Positions 19,258 to 28,313 of a DNA stretch of 64,000 bases are shown here, piece by piece. The translations under genes were made by a program, and so were the position numbers. Numbering within the stretch: the first letter of the stretch is position 1; each line of letters starts with the position of its first letter. The stretch is from a virus, in IMG/VR virus record IMGVR_UViG_3300045988_135716, positions 32,001-96,000 of that record. One strand, 5' to 3'. A model generated the notes under the pieces. The model saw nothing but the letters and a program-made list of their open reading frames with translations, did no database searches and was not told the DNA's origin.

Positions 19258-20100
19258 ATGAAAGTATATTTAGTATGTACATTGGATGATGAACATTATA
19301 GAGAACCATATTTTTACTTTTTCAAAACTGCTTTTGCGGCTCATAAATGGGTTATAAACAACTTAGTCAGTATTACAGAGGAAAGCCGAGAAGAAGTAAT
19401 AAGTGAGCTTGAATATAAAAATGTAGACGGATCCGACGACCAGATCATGCGAATTGATTATTCATACGGAGATGGAGAATTCTATGTTAACACTATTCAT
19501 GAAATTGAAATAAAAGATGGAGATTATCTTTGTATTTATCATCATGCTTACGAAGGTGTTGGATTCTATGTAGAGAAGATTGGCACTTTGGAAGAATGTA
19601 AAAATCATATGTTAGATTCTACAGCTAAAATGGCTAATGATCATGACATTGACATAACCAATGATGATATATTCGAAGTTAATTCATTTGATTCGTGTAT
19701 TGATGATGACTATCAGTGGCATATGAACAATATTATTCTGTTCAAGGCAGATGAAATTATTCAAGACGAAAAAAAAGAGTCTAAAGAAACTGAACCAGAA
19801 GAAATTGGAGCAACAATATTAACATCAGAGGAATCAAATAATAACGGTCATAAATACAGTGATGAAATTTATGAAGAGCTAAAAGATTATATGTATGGAC
19901 CTATTCCTGGATATGGTGTTACTTCTGATTATGTTGAAACTTCGTTAGAAGAAATAATTGAAGATATTGATGCCAGACCAAAATATGAAGTATTTAAAGA
20001 ATTGTGTAACTATCATGGAATTGCACCTAGTACGGTAGAGTATCTGTACGAATCTATTTGGGGAAAGCCAAAGGATAAAACAGTTGGATATTTCTTATAA
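19258..20100 (+). CDS. hypothetical acidic protein
   Basis: 280-aa ORF with AGGAGGAG SD. Confidence 0.55.
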   Translation: MKVYLVCTLDDEHYREPYFYFFKTAFAAHKWVINNLVSITEESREEVISELEYKNVDGSDDQIMRIDYSYGDGEFYVNTIHEIEIKDGDYLCIYHHAYEGVGFYVEKIGTLEECKNHMLDSTAKMANDHDIDITNDDIFEVNSFDSCIDDDYQWHMNNIILFKADEIIQDEKKESKETEPEEIGATILTSEESNNNGHKYSDEIYEELKDYMYGPIPGYGVTSDYVETSLEEIIEDIDARPKYEVFKELCNYHGIAPSTVEYLYESIWGKPKDKTVGYFL

Positions 20101-20198
20101 TACAAATAAAAATAAGGGGATAAAATTGCAGTATTTTTTAATAGGAGTTATAGCAAGAGTTATTATTGAATGGATATTTAAATGAAAGAAGGTGAAAC

Positions 20199-20387
20199 AT
20201 GAAAACTTATAACAGAAGAGAAGTTGAGAGAATTATTCTAAAGAATGGCTGGGAACTAGACCATTGTACTGGAGGACATTCGATTTATAAGAAAGAAGGT
20301 GTAAAGAAAACATTGTCTATTGCTTATAAGAAATGTAACCGGATGGTTGTGCAGAGACTTATTAAAGAGTTTGGGTTGGTTACGTAG
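20199..20387 (+). CDS. hicA: HicA-family toxin (mRNA interferase)
   Basis: 62 aa; ...ILKNGWELDHCTGGHSIYKKEG..KTLSIAY...V.RLIKEFGL matches HicA/YcfA pattern with conserved GxH. Confidence 0.65.
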   Translation: MKTYNRREVERIILKNGWELDHCTGGHSIYKKEGVKKTLSIAYKKCNRMVVQRLIKEFGLVT

Positions 20388-20609
20388 GTGCAAAATATGA
20401 GTATCATTAAAGCAAACAAGTTACATAAGGATATTAAAATAAAATCTTGCCCGTTTTGTGGAGAATCAGATGATATTGTTTTAGAAGAATATGAACATAC
20501 ATCTGGTAAAAGATGGAAAATCTATTGTTGCAACTGTATGTCTGGAATTGATAGAGGGTACGATCAGTCACCGTATGGATTAATTGATGCATGGAATAAG
20601 AGAGTATAA
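20388..20609 (+). CDS. lar: Lar-family restriction-alleviation protein
   Basis: CPFCG...x...CCNC...AWNKR signature of Lar family zinc-ribbon proteins. Confidence 0.6.
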   Translation: MQNMSIIKANKLHKDIKIKSCPFCGESDDIVLEEYEHTSGKRWKIYCCNCMSGIDRGYDQSPYGLIDAWNKRV

Positions 20610-20640
20610 GGAGAATGCATTATCAAATAAGGAGCGAAAT

Positions 20641-20874
20641 ATGAAGGTAAAAGATTTATTGGAAAATTATCAGGGAGATAATCATATAGAGATTTACGAT
20701 TGTTTTTCATGGGACACAAAAAGATTTAATAATAAAGCAATCGCAATCAAAAATTTTGGTTATTTCCCAGTGTTATCGTGGACAGTATTAACCACTCAAA
20801 ACAAAATTAAAAATTACAATAAAAAGTCAAATGTAACTGATGAAATGATGATTTCAGGATTGGAGAAAATATGA
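20641..20874 (+). CDS. hypothetical protein
   Basis: AAGGAG SD before ATG 20641. Confidence 0.45.
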   Translation: MKVKDLLENYQGDNHIEIYDCFSWDTKRFNNKAIAIKNFGYFPVLSWTVLTTQNKIKNYNKKSNVTDEMMISGLEKI

Positions 20875-21077
20875 ACAATAACGGGAAAATCAAATTGGAA
20901 CTTACACCAAAGGAAATAAGTATTTTATCAAATGGTTTAATTTGTTTAATTGACAATGCTTACAGAGCAGAAAAATTAACATGTGAAACATCTGTAATTA
21001 AAGCGTTAGATGAATCAGCGGAGATATATCAGAAACTTAATCAGAAAATTTGTAATTCAGTATCAAGAATGGAGTGA
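20871..21077 (+). CDS. hypothetical protein
   Basis: ORF overlapping previous stop by 4 nt. Confidence 0.45.
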   Translation: MNNNGKIKLELTPKEISILSNGLICLIDNAYRAEKLTCETSVIKALDESAEIYQKLNQKICNSVSRME

Positions 21078-21081
21078 TAAT

Positions 21082-21225
21082 ATGATTTATTGTTATGTAT
21101 GCGGACAGAAAAGCAGAAAACAGTATTTTGATTTTGTTAATGGGAAATTTGTGTTAGTGGATAGATGTTTTAATCCTTTTTGTAAATCATACAACAAATT
21201 CATAAATTATGGGAGAACTATATGA
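21082..21225 (+). CDS. small zinc-ribbon protein (47 aa)
   Basis: CYVCG...x...CFNPFC; GGAGTG SD before ATG 21082. Confidence 0.4.
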   Translation: MIYCYVCGQKSRKQYFDFVNGKFVLVDRCFNPFCKSYNKFINYGRTI

Positions 21226-21440
21226 AAGAAAAAGAATTAACGCTACAAGATGTAATTGATAAAAATATAGAAATTTTATGGAAAGAATTTCAGAACGTTC
21301 CTGTAGATTGTAATGGAAATCTTAAAGCTGCATGGTATGCATTTCCAAAAGGAACTAATAAGAATGCTGTATATGATTGGTTCAATCGTCACTATAGTAA
21401 GGGATTATCATATCTTATGGAAGAGGTGAAGAAAGAATGA
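21222..21440 (+). CDS. hypothetical protein
   Basis: ORF overlapping previous stop (ATGA). Confidence 0.45.
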   Translation: MKEKELTLQDVIDKNIEILWKEFQNVPVDCNGNLKAAWYAFPKGTNKNAVYDWFNRHYSKGLSYLMEEVKKE

Positions 21441-21592
21441 AAGGAACAAATAAATATGTAGAACATTGGGATAAAGACAAGCGTGATTCTGGAAACTGTT
21501 TCCGTAATTATAATGGAAATTATACAGAAAGAGAAGAAAATATGGAAAATTTTAACTTTGATGTGTGGTTGAGAGAAATGTTGCATAGATGA
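21437..21592 (+). CDS. hypothetical 51-aa protein
   Basis: ATGA overlap with previous gene; fills gap. Confidence 0.4.
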   Translation: MKGTNKYVEHWDKDKRDSGNCFRNYNGNYTEREENMENFNFDVWLREMLHR

Positions 21593-21616
21593 ATCAGAGA
21601 ATTTAAGAGGTAGTGT

Positions 21617-22177
21617 ATGGGAAGAAGAGAATGGACAAAAGATGAAGAAACTTATATGTATAGAAGGTATTTGAATCAATCAGTTGAAACTACGGCAAAT
21701 TTTCTGGATAGAAGTGTATCATCTGTAAAGCATAAAGCAAGTAAAATGGGATTGAATCATTATTACGGGGAAAGAATTAGTGCGAAAACACTTGCAAAAT
21801 GCTTTCATTCAGATATAAGCGTAATAGTGAGATGGATTGATAAATATGATCTTCCTTGTAAAAAGGTCAAATTGAAAAATCAGACACGATATTTAATTGA
21901 CGCAGCAGAGTTTTGGAAATGGGCTGAAAATCATAAAGAGATAATTAACTGGAAGAAATACGAAAGAGAAACATTATTTCCAGAGCCATCATGGATTAAC
22001 TATGAATGGAAGAAAGATAACGGTAAACCAGAGCGACATGGAAATAAAATAACAGACTTTGAGAAGCTATCAATTAAAAACATGTTGAGAAAAGGCATGA
22101 GCAATAAGGAGATTGCAAAAGAAATACATAGAACTTATGAAGCTACGAAACATATCACAAAGACAGTATTTTGCTGA
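21617..22177 (+). CDS. DNA-binding protein (SANT/Myb-like N-terminus, C-terminal HTH)
   Basis: REWTKDEETYMYRRY... and C-terminal MSNKEIAKEIHRTYEATKHI HTH-like segment. Confidence 0.4.
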   Translation: MGRREWTKDEETYMYRRYLNQSVETTANFLDRSVSSVKHKASKMGLNHYYGERISAKTLAKCFHSDISVIVRWIDKYDLPCKKVKLKNQTRYLIDAAEFWKWAENHKEIINWKKYERETLFPEPSWINYEWKKDNGKPERHGNKITDFEKLSIKNMLRKGMSNKEIAKEIHRTYEATKHITKTVFC

Positions 22178-22193
22178 GAAAGAGGAAAAATAA

Positions 22194-22289
22194 ATGATAA
22201 CAGGTATTATAATTGGAATAATTATTGGTGGGCTTACAGGAATGATGTGCACTTGCTTATGTGTAGCAAGTGGAAAGGAGAAGAGATAA
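22194..22289 (+). CDS. 31-aa membrane peptide
   Basis: MITGIIIGIIIGGLTGMMCTCLCVASGKEKR; AGAGGAAAA SD. Confidence 0.35.
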   Translation: MITGIIIGIIIGGLTGMMCTCLCVASGKEKR

Positions 22290-22360
22290 TGTATACATTA
22301 GGATGTATTGCTTGTTTTGGATTTGTAGTGGTAATTATAGCAGCGTTACTTGATTTATAG
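22289..22360 (+). CDS. 23-aa membrane peptide
   Basis: MYTLGCIACFGFVVVIIAALLDL; TAATG overlap; AAGGAGAAG SD. Confidence 0.3.
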   Translation: MYTLGCIACFGFVVVIIAALLDL

Positions 22361-22372
22361 GAGAAATTTATT

Positions 22373-22771
22373 ATGGACGAATTAAAAGAATTTCAATTAT
22401 ATGTATCGCAATTGGAAGAAGAAAATTTTAGACTGAAAAATTCTATTAAAGCATTAAGAAACAATAATAAATCCATGTTACAAGGATTAACAAAACTTCA
22501 AAGTTATGTACATAAGTTAAAACGAGATTTACATTACAATAATTATTGGGTGTCACTATTAATTCAGGACGATGAAAAGAGCAAACCATATCTTATTTCA
22601 ATGACAGATAGCGCACCACATTTAAAAGATGCAATGAAAATTATTGAAAGAGGAAGAAATAATTATAGAGTATTATCTGCGTGGGTTGATGTGTTTGACA
22701 AGAATAATGCAAAGATAACGATATTTCATGAATGCTATGTAAATGTAGTTGGAAAAGTGGAAAGGAAATAA
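22373..22771 (+). CDS. hypothetical protein (N-terminal coiled coil)
   Basis: ORF with AGGAG SD. Confidence 0.5.
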   Translation: MDELKEFQLYVSQLEEENFRLKNSIKALRNNNKSMLQGLTKLQSYVHKLKRDLHYNNYWVSLLIQDDEKSKPYLISMTDSAPHLKDAMKIIERGRNNYRVLSAWVDVFDKNNAKITIFHECYVNVVGKVERK

Positions 22772-22773
22772 AC

Positions 22774-22950
22774 ATGATAAAAGAAATAGCAATATGTGAT
22801 AAATGCGGAAAAGAAATGAATCCGTATACTGAAAGTAATGATATTACAATCAAATGGGATGATAAATATTTTACAAATACAACAGCCATTCATTTGTGCG
22901 ATGAATGTTATAAAGAATTTATGAGGATATATTTGCACGAGAATGTCTGA
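22774..22950 (+). CDS. small zinc-ribbon protein
   Basis: CDKCG...x...CDEC; GGAAAGGA SD before ATG 22774. Confidence 0.45.
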   Translation: MIKEIAICDKCGKEMNPYTESNDITIKWDDKYFTNTTAIHLCDECYKEFMRIYLHENV

Positions 22951-22977
22951 AACGAGAATTTCATGGAGGAAAGAAAT

Positions 22978-23349
22978 ATGGAAAATAAAAAGAGCTATGA
23001 ACGTATGAAAGCATTTCAAAAATCTTTAATGGAATTATCCAACGAAGTGGAAGATCAGTATTTAAAGATGCATAAAGAATGTATAGAAGAAATTGTCTTA
23101 AAAGAGGAAGAAAAAATAGTTCAGAAAAACGATATGCATGATTTATATGAGAGATTGACAGAATGTCATTCCTTGCGAATAACATACATAAAAAATCATC
23201 TTCCTTGGTATCTGAAACTATTTAAAGTTAATAGCACAGAAATGAAACTTTATGGAAATAGCCTTTTTATTGGTGTAAACTTATGGAAATCTAATAAAAC
23301 AAATTTCTTTATAGAAGTAAGACCTGTAGATATAGGATGGAAGAACTAA
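22978..23349 (+). CDS. hypothetical protein
   Basis: GGAGGA SD (after TGAAA-N6-TTTCA element) before ATG 22978. Confidence 0.5.
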   Translation: MENKKSYERMKAFQKSLMELSNEVEDQYLKMHKECIEEIVLKEEEKIVQKNDMHDLYERLTECHSLRITYIKNHLPWYLKLFKVNSTEMKLYGNSLFIGVNLWKSNKTNFFIEVRPVDIGWKN

Positions 23350-23350
23350 T

Positions 23351-23539
23351 ATGATTAAAGGGCAAATGACAGGATGGGGATTACAAACTCAAAAAGAATT
23401 AGAACATGCGAGAAATTGGTTGGTTGAAAGGGGACTTCTTGCTCATATAGATTATGAGAAAATGGTAGTTGTTGTTAGTGGAACAGTAAATGGTAAATGG
23501 GTAACTGATTCTAATGGAGATTTAATACGAATTGATTAG
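23351..23539 (+). CDS. hypothetical protein
   Basis: ORF 1 nt after previous stop. Confidence 0.45.
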   Translation: MIKGQMTGWGLQTQKELEHARNWLVERGLLAHIDYEKMVVVVSGTVNGKWVTDSNGDLIRID

Positions 23540-23570
23540 ATGAAAACCAGTTTTTAAGGAAGGAAGTAAA

Positions 23571-23738
23571 ATGAAAGAAAGCATTAAAATTGAGCCACTG
23601 ATTAGGAAATTCGAAGATATGGCAAAAAGAGAATCATTGTTGGCTAGAGGAAATATAACACAGAATGATTTGTTAATTCAAATTATTGGAACAATTGTTC
23701 ATGTTGCAATGGAAGAACAGGATGCAATAAGTAAATGA
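23571..23738 (+). CDS. hypothetical 55-aa protein
   Basis: AAGGAAGGAAG SD; fills gap. Confidence 0.4.
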   Translation: MKESIKIEPLIRKFEDMAKRESLLARGNITQNDLLIQIIGTIVHVAMEEQDAISK

Positions 23739-23760
23739 AAACCAATTTTTAGAATAAAGA

Positions 23761-23790
23761 TCTTACAAACAACACAATACATATAAAGAA
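23761..23790 (+). repeat. conserved ~30-nt element copy B (TCTTACAAACAACACAATACATATAAAGAA)
   Basis: Near-identical to 9695-9725. Confidence 0.7.
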
Positions 23791-23884
23791 CAGGAGATAA
23801 TTGATGGTGAGTGACAGATTGATTGATGTGTGGTAAAATAATAGATAATAAGCAGATGAAAGAATAGATTCATGGGGTGAAAAT

Positions 23885-24100
23885 ATGAATGAATGGATTG
23901 TTGCAAGAATAAATTCTTTGAAAGAAGATTTATCTAAGAAACAGGAATATTTCAAAATAAATATACAAAACATGGATTCTCCCACCTATGAGGATAATAC
24001 AATTAACGATTTGTTGGTAATGAAAAAGTTGAAAACGGAAATTGAGCAGCTTGAATTAATGTTACAGATGAATGAAATTTTTCACAGAGAAAATACATGA
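23885..24100 (+). CDS. hypothetical protein
   Basis: ORF with GGGGTGA SD. Confidence 0.45.
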   Translation: MNEWIVARINSLKEDLSKKQEYFKINIQNMDSPTYEDNTINDLLVMKKLKTEIEQLELMLQMNEIFHRENT

Positions 24101-24134
24101 AAGATATAGAAAATAATGTTAAGAGGTAAATATT

Positions 24135-24425
24135 ATGGGAATGGACATAGAAGTAATTGGGATGACATGGTATACAGTTCATCTTTCGGACGAAGATGTA
24201 GAGAAAGTGAAACAATGGCTTGAAAATCATAAAGATGATTTACCGTCATTTGATCCAAAAGAGAATATTTCAAAAGCGGTATGGAATTTATATAGTAAGG
24301 GAGAAATCTCTTTATTTGATGATGATAAATGTACAGAAAGTGATTTTAATACAGAAGAAATCAGATGGTCAGAGTTTGAGGAACGAGAACCAGAAGAAAT
24401 ATTTGGAGAAAAAGTATTTAGATGA
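24135..24425 (+). CDS. hypothetical acidic protein
   Basis: ORF with AAGAGG SD. Confidence 0.5.
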   Translation: MGMDIEVIGMTWYTVHLSDEDVEKVKQWLENHKDDLPSFDPKENISKAVWNLYSKGEISLFDDDKCTESDFNTEEIRWSEFEEREPEEIFGEKVFR

Positions 24426-24441
24426 TGAAACCTAAGTTTCA
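24426..24441 (+). promoter_or_regulatory. intercistronic TGAAA-N6-TTTCA element (TGAAACCTAAGTTTCA)
   Basis: 6-bp stem/4-nt loop directly between stop (24423-24425) and AGGAGG SD; one of at least 10 strong copies. Confidence 0.6.
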
Positions 24442-24453
24442 GGAGGTGTTTTT

Positions 24454-25098
24454 ATGTTTGAGTGGAAAATAGAAGAATTAAAATTATACCACCAAAAAGG
24501 TGTAATTTATGATTGTGAACATACAGTATCGAGAGAAGATAAAATTGCATTCGTTGATGGTTTACAAGATGGGAAATTGAGTTATATATTAAATCTTTTT
24601 GAGAAATTTAAAGAAGATGAAGAAAATTTACCAAAAGACAAATGGGGAGATGTAAAAACTGTTTCGCTAAAATCCTGGATAAAAAGAAACGATACAAGAA
24701 AATTAATTGATGATACTTATACTTATGGAAAAATAAGATTTATTGGTGGACGATCAATTAAATCGGTCAATATAAAAAGTGCATATGATACATACGATGA
24801 TTATGTTGATGAAGTTTTTCATAGACAACTAAAAGAATGTGAAAATAAAGAAAGGGAATATTTCTTAGAACATGATGAATATTCAATCTTGAAAAGAGAG
24901 TTTTTGAATAAAAAATATAACACTACTTTTGGAGTAAACATCACATCATGGAGTAGTGGGAAAGTATGTATTTGTGATGATGTAACTAAAGAAGAAAGAG
25001 AAATAACTATCGAAGAATTAAAATATTTATTGAGTAGATATAAAGAATTGGATGAACTTGTTGAGAAAATAACAAAAGAAACACATATTACTTATTGA
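24454..25098 (+). CDS. hypothetical protein
   Basis: 214-aa ORF with AGGAGG SD. Confidence 0.55.
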   Translation: MFEWKIEELKLYHQKGVIYDCEHTVSREDKIAFVDGLQDGKLSYILNLFEKFKEDEENLPKDKWGDVKTVSLKSWIKRNDTRKLIDDTYTYGKIRFIGGRSIKSVNIKSAYDTYDDYVDEVFHRQLKECENKEREYFLEHDEYSILKREFLNKKYNTTFGVNITSWSSGKVCICDDVTKEEREITIEELKYLLSRYKELDELVEKITKETHITY

Positions 25099-25129
25099 TG
25101 AAATTTAACTTTCAAGTCACTTTTATATG

Positions 25130-25138
25130 TGATATAAT
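25130..25138 (+). promoter_or_regulatory. extended -10 promoter element (TGATATAAT)
   Basis: TGnTATAAT consensus in a 145-nt intergenic gap; weak -35. Confidence 0.4.
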
Positions 25139-25244
25139 ATAGTAGAGTTTAGTAGTCCCATATTGGAATGTAAAAAGTATTATAAAATTTTACATTATTT
25201 AAAGTAGAACCATATTGGAACATAAAAATAAGGAGGATTACATT

Positions 25245-25529
25245 ATGTTAGAAAGTACATTAAAGTATGCAGAAAGTATGGGCTATAAACTTACAACTGT
25301 TAATAACTGTATTTATGGTATTGACACTTATCTTGTAAAAGATCATCATAGAATATTCTGTAGTAAAGTTGCTGCATTTGAAAAATATTCTATTCCTGAT
25401 GAGGAAATTCTGAATCAATTAACAGAAGAAGAATATCAATGGCAGAAAACTACCGAAGAATTATTGAATAATTATAGTGACGATTTATATAATAAAGCGA
25501 TGGGAGCGTTACAAGATGGATGTGAATAA
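25245..25529 (+). CDS. hypothetical protein
   Basis: AAGGAGG SD before ATG 25245. Confidence 0.5.
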   Translation: MLESTLKYAESMGYKLTTVNNCIYGIDTYLVKDHHRIFCSKVAAFEKYSIPDEEILNQLTEEEYQWQKTTEELLNNYSDDLYNKAMGALQDGCE

Positions 25530-25791
25530 GTGGTTTTGTTTTAAACAGGGTGAAGAATTTGGCAAGTTAGCAAAAAAGAAAACGATTTTAAAATATAAAA
25601 TGCAAGAAATATTAAACTTGTCAGAAGCTAAAAAACAAAGTGATACATTACAAAGTATATTAGATTTAGCTTTACAATATGAGTCAAATGCCAGTTCTAT
25701 TGGAGAAGTTTTGGTTGACGGGAATGAGGAAGATTGTAGAACAGCTAGATTATATTTTGTACAAGGGTTTATACGTGGAAGAACAAGTTAA
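25516..25791 (+). CDS. hypothetical protein
   Basis: ORF overlapping previous gene; start choice uncertain. Confidence 0.4.
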   Translation: MDVNKWFCFKQGEEFGKLAKKKTILKYKMQEILNLSEAKKQSDTLQSILDLALQYESNASSIGEVLVDGNEEDCRTARLYFVQGFIRGRTS

Positions 25792-25816
25792 GGGTGATAG
25801 AAATATCACCCATTTT
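25792..25816 (+). terminator. rho-independent terminator
   Basis: GGGTGATA/TATCACCC stem then ATTTT. Confidence 0.6.
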
Positions 25817-25864
25817 CTATAAAATGACTGTTTCGAGTTTTACAATGTTGTGAGGAGAAATTTT

Positions 25865-26017
25865 ATGTATGATCGTAATGAAATCAAGCAAATAATTGAC
25901 GAAATTGTGTTTCTGAAAAAATATGCATTATTTGATAAGCAGGGATATGATGAAAAAGCAAAAGTTATAGAAGAATTAAAGTCGGATTTATACAATGCGT
26001 TTGGAATAGATGAATAA
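25865..26017 (+). CDS. hypothetical 50-aa protein
   Basis: GAGGAG SD; fills gap. Confidence 0.4.
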   Translation: MYDRNEIKQIIDEIVFLKKYALFDKQGYDEKAKVIEELKSDLYNAFGIDE

Positions 26018-26052
26018 ACAACATAAAATGACGGTTTTAAAGAGGTGATATT

Positions 26053-26313
26053 ATGCATAGACATGCTGTGAGAAATGGAATAAGAAGACAGGTATATAAT
26101 AGACAAAATGGAAAATGTTCTATGTGTGGTGATAAGATTAGTTATTTGAATTTTACTGTAGATCATATTATTCCAATATCAAAGGGTGGTTCTAATACTT
26201 TAGAAAATATGGAAGCAATGTGTGAAGTATGTAATCAAATGAAAAGAGATCATATGAAAAATGATTTTCTTAGGCACATAGAGAAAATTTATAAATTAAA
26301 TTTTTGTGGTTAA
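26053..26313 (+). CDS. HNH endonuclease (86 aa)
   Basis: CSMCG...VDHIIPISKGGSNTLENMEAMCEVCNQMK. Confidence 0.8.
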   Translation: MHRHAVRNGIRRQVYNRQNGKCSMCGDKISYLNFTVDHIIPISKGGSNTLENMEAMCEVCNQMKRDHMKNDFLRHIEKIYKLNFCG

Positions 26314-26389
26314 AACTGATAAAATAATTACTTGCTACGTGAGCAGATTTCCTTTATAATAAGAAGAGATATGATGGGAGGCGGTTAAG

Positions 26390-26575
26390 ATAACAGTATC
26401 AAAAGCAAAAAAAGAAGCCAATGAGCGTTATTTTAAAAAGGCATATGCACAAGTTAAACTGTCTATGCCAAAAGAAGAAGCTGCTACTCTTGCGACTTAT
26501 TGTGAAGAAAAGGGATATACAAAAGCAGGTTTTATAAGGCAAGCTATTAAAGAAAAAATGGAAAGAGACAATTAG
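26390..26575 (+). CDS. ribbon-helix-helix regulator (paralog of 6664-6852); start codon unresolved (ATA at 26390?)
   Basis: ...RYFKKAYAQVKLSMPKEEAATLATYCEEKGYTKAGFIRQAIKE; GGGAGG 8 nt upstream of ATA; no ATG/GTG/TTG in frame. Confidence 0.45.
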   Translation: MTVSKAKKEANERYFKKAYAQVKLSMPKEEAATLATYCEEKGYTKAGFIRQAIKEKMERDN

Positions 26576-26577
26576 AA

Positions 26578-26608
26578 ATAAGACATCTTAATAGGTGTCT
26601 TATTTTTG
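26578..26608 (+). terminator. rho-independent terminator
   Basis: 8-bp stem ATAAGACA/TGTCTTAT followed by TTTTT. Confidence 0.7.
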
Positions 26609-26616
26609 TACAAGAA

Positions 26617-26708
26617 ATACAATGGTACTATTGTATAAATATCACAAATAATAACTATGAATATTGGTACTAATGCCTATTGAAATACAATGGTACTAAT
26701 GCTATAAT
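26617..26708 (+). promoter_or_regulatory. promoter with repeated operator boxes
   Basis: ATACAATGGTACTA at 26617-26630 and 26685-26698; TGGTACTAATGC twice; TTGAAA (26680-26685), 17 nt, TATAAT (26703-26708). Confidence 0.6.
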
Positions 26709-26740
26709 ATAATCAAGTTAAGAGAGAGGAGAAAAATCAA

Positions 26741-27136
26741 ATGACAAGTAAACATTATATGCACTTTAATCCGAATGATAAAGACAAAAAAGATGAACAA
26801 AGTGATTGTGTTATTCGTGCATTATGCAAGGTAATGAGCAAAACATGGTTAGAAGTATTTGATGAATTGATTCCGATTGCAAGAGATATACAGTGTAATC
26901 CTAACAGTAAGCCTTGTTACAAGCGATATTTAGAGGAACATGGATTTGAATATGTGGGGATTAGTAACAAAAAAGGATCTAAACGTCCTACAGTAGAAAG
27001 CTTTACAAAAGATCATAAAGAAGGTACATACTTTTTAAGTGTAGCAAATCACGCAGTTGCATCCGTTGATGGATATTTCTACGACAAATGGGATTCTGGC
27101 GATTGCTGCTTATATGGATATTGGAAAATAAAATAA
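26741..27136 (+). CDS. hypothetical protein, possible papain-fold Cys/His protein
   Basis: SDCVIRAL (Cys) ... ANHAVAS (His) spacing reminiscent of cysteine-peptidase folds; weak. Confidence 0.3.
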   Translation: MTSKHYMHFNPNDKDKKDEQSDCVIRALCKVMSKTWLEVFDELIPIARDIQCNPNSKPCYKRYLEEHGFEYVGISNKKGSKRPTVESFTKDHKEGTYFLSVANHAVASVDGYFYDKWDSGDCCLYGYWKIK

Positions 27137-27384
27137 AATAGTGTAGGTTCTCAACCGACCAAAGCGATAACCTACACTACTAAAGATAGGGATAATGCAT
27201 AAATGACACATATCCAGAACATATTATAGCTTATTTTCTGGACTATTTCAAGTCGTAATTCCCATATATAAACTGAACATTGATAATTAAATATGAAATT
27301 ATCACTGAAATTAATAAGACTTACTCAGAAATGAGATAGGTCTATTAAGTATACAAAAAAATTACATAAAGGAGAGAAAGCATT

Positions 27385-28290
27385 ATGAGCGCAGTTATTA
27401 AAATGAATGAAGAAGAAAGAAGAATTGAGCAGTTTAATGATGTAATGGCAAATGCGAAGCCGATGATTACAGAAGGTAAAGGACGATCATTGAGGACTAT
27501 TACAGCAAGTGCATGTGTACCTCTCAGTATTTGTTTTGTAGATCCACGTTATCAGGGTATGAGAAGTCATAAAAGACTTAATCGACTGGATCTGCATTTT
27601 GACAAACGTAAACTTGCTCCAATTACTCTTGTACCCCATTACGAAGAATATAGATTTGCTGTAGTAGATGGACAGGGAAGAACAATAGTTGCACCAAGAA
27701 AAGGAATGGATAGATTGTTTGCTACAATTCTCATGGATGCACCAGAAGATCCTGTAGAAAGACTGAAATTTGAAGCTGAATATTTTATTGGACAGGATTC
27801 AGAGATTGAGCCAGTAAGCTCTCTGGAAAAGCATCCAGCAAGAGTTATTATTGGTGATCCAACAGCAACAACGCTTGATAAGTTGCTTAAAAGATATGAT
27901 ATAAAATTTACTCAGAGTCCAGGTAACAGAAAAGAATCTGTATTAGGAAGTTATCCAACTACATATGAAATTGCTAAACGTGGAGAAAAATGTTTGGATT
28001 TTATTTTTTCTATTATTAAAAATGCAGGATGGAATCATGAGAAAAATGGATATGGAACATTTGTAATGATTCCATTAGAAAGAATGTGGGTTGAACATTC
28101 AGAGGATAGAGATAGAATTGACAACTTCTTATCTGATTATTTACGTCAGATTAATCCATCCATTTTTAATACAGAAGCAAAGGTTACATATCCAAAGAGA
28201 GATAATCGAGCAGCTTGTACATTACACTTAGAAGATATTCTTTGTGAATCATTAGGTATTGAGCGAAAGGTTTATCCCGTAAGTAAATAG
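27385..28290 (+). CDS. ParB/Srx-fold protein (DGQHR/DndB-like motif)
   Basis: ...LAPITLVPHYEEYRFAVVDGQGRTIV... ParB N-terminal-domain pattern. Confidence 0.55.
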   Translation: MSAVIKMNEEERRIEQFNDVMANAKPMITEGKGRSLRTITASACVPLSICFVDPRYQGMRSHKRLNRLDLHFDKRKLAPITLVPHYEEYRFAVVDGQGRTIVAPRKGMDRLFATILMDAPEDPVERLKFEAEYFIGQDSEIEPVSSLEKHPARVIIGDPTATTLDKLLKRYDIKFTQSPGNRKESVLGSYPTTYEIAKRGEKCLDFIFSIIKNAGWNHEKNGYGTFVMIPLERMWVEHSEDRDRIDNFLSDYLRQINPSIFNTEAKVTYPKRDNRAACTLHLEDILCESLGIERKVYPVSK

Positions 28291-28313
28291 GGATTATATA
28301 AGGAGGAATTGAA

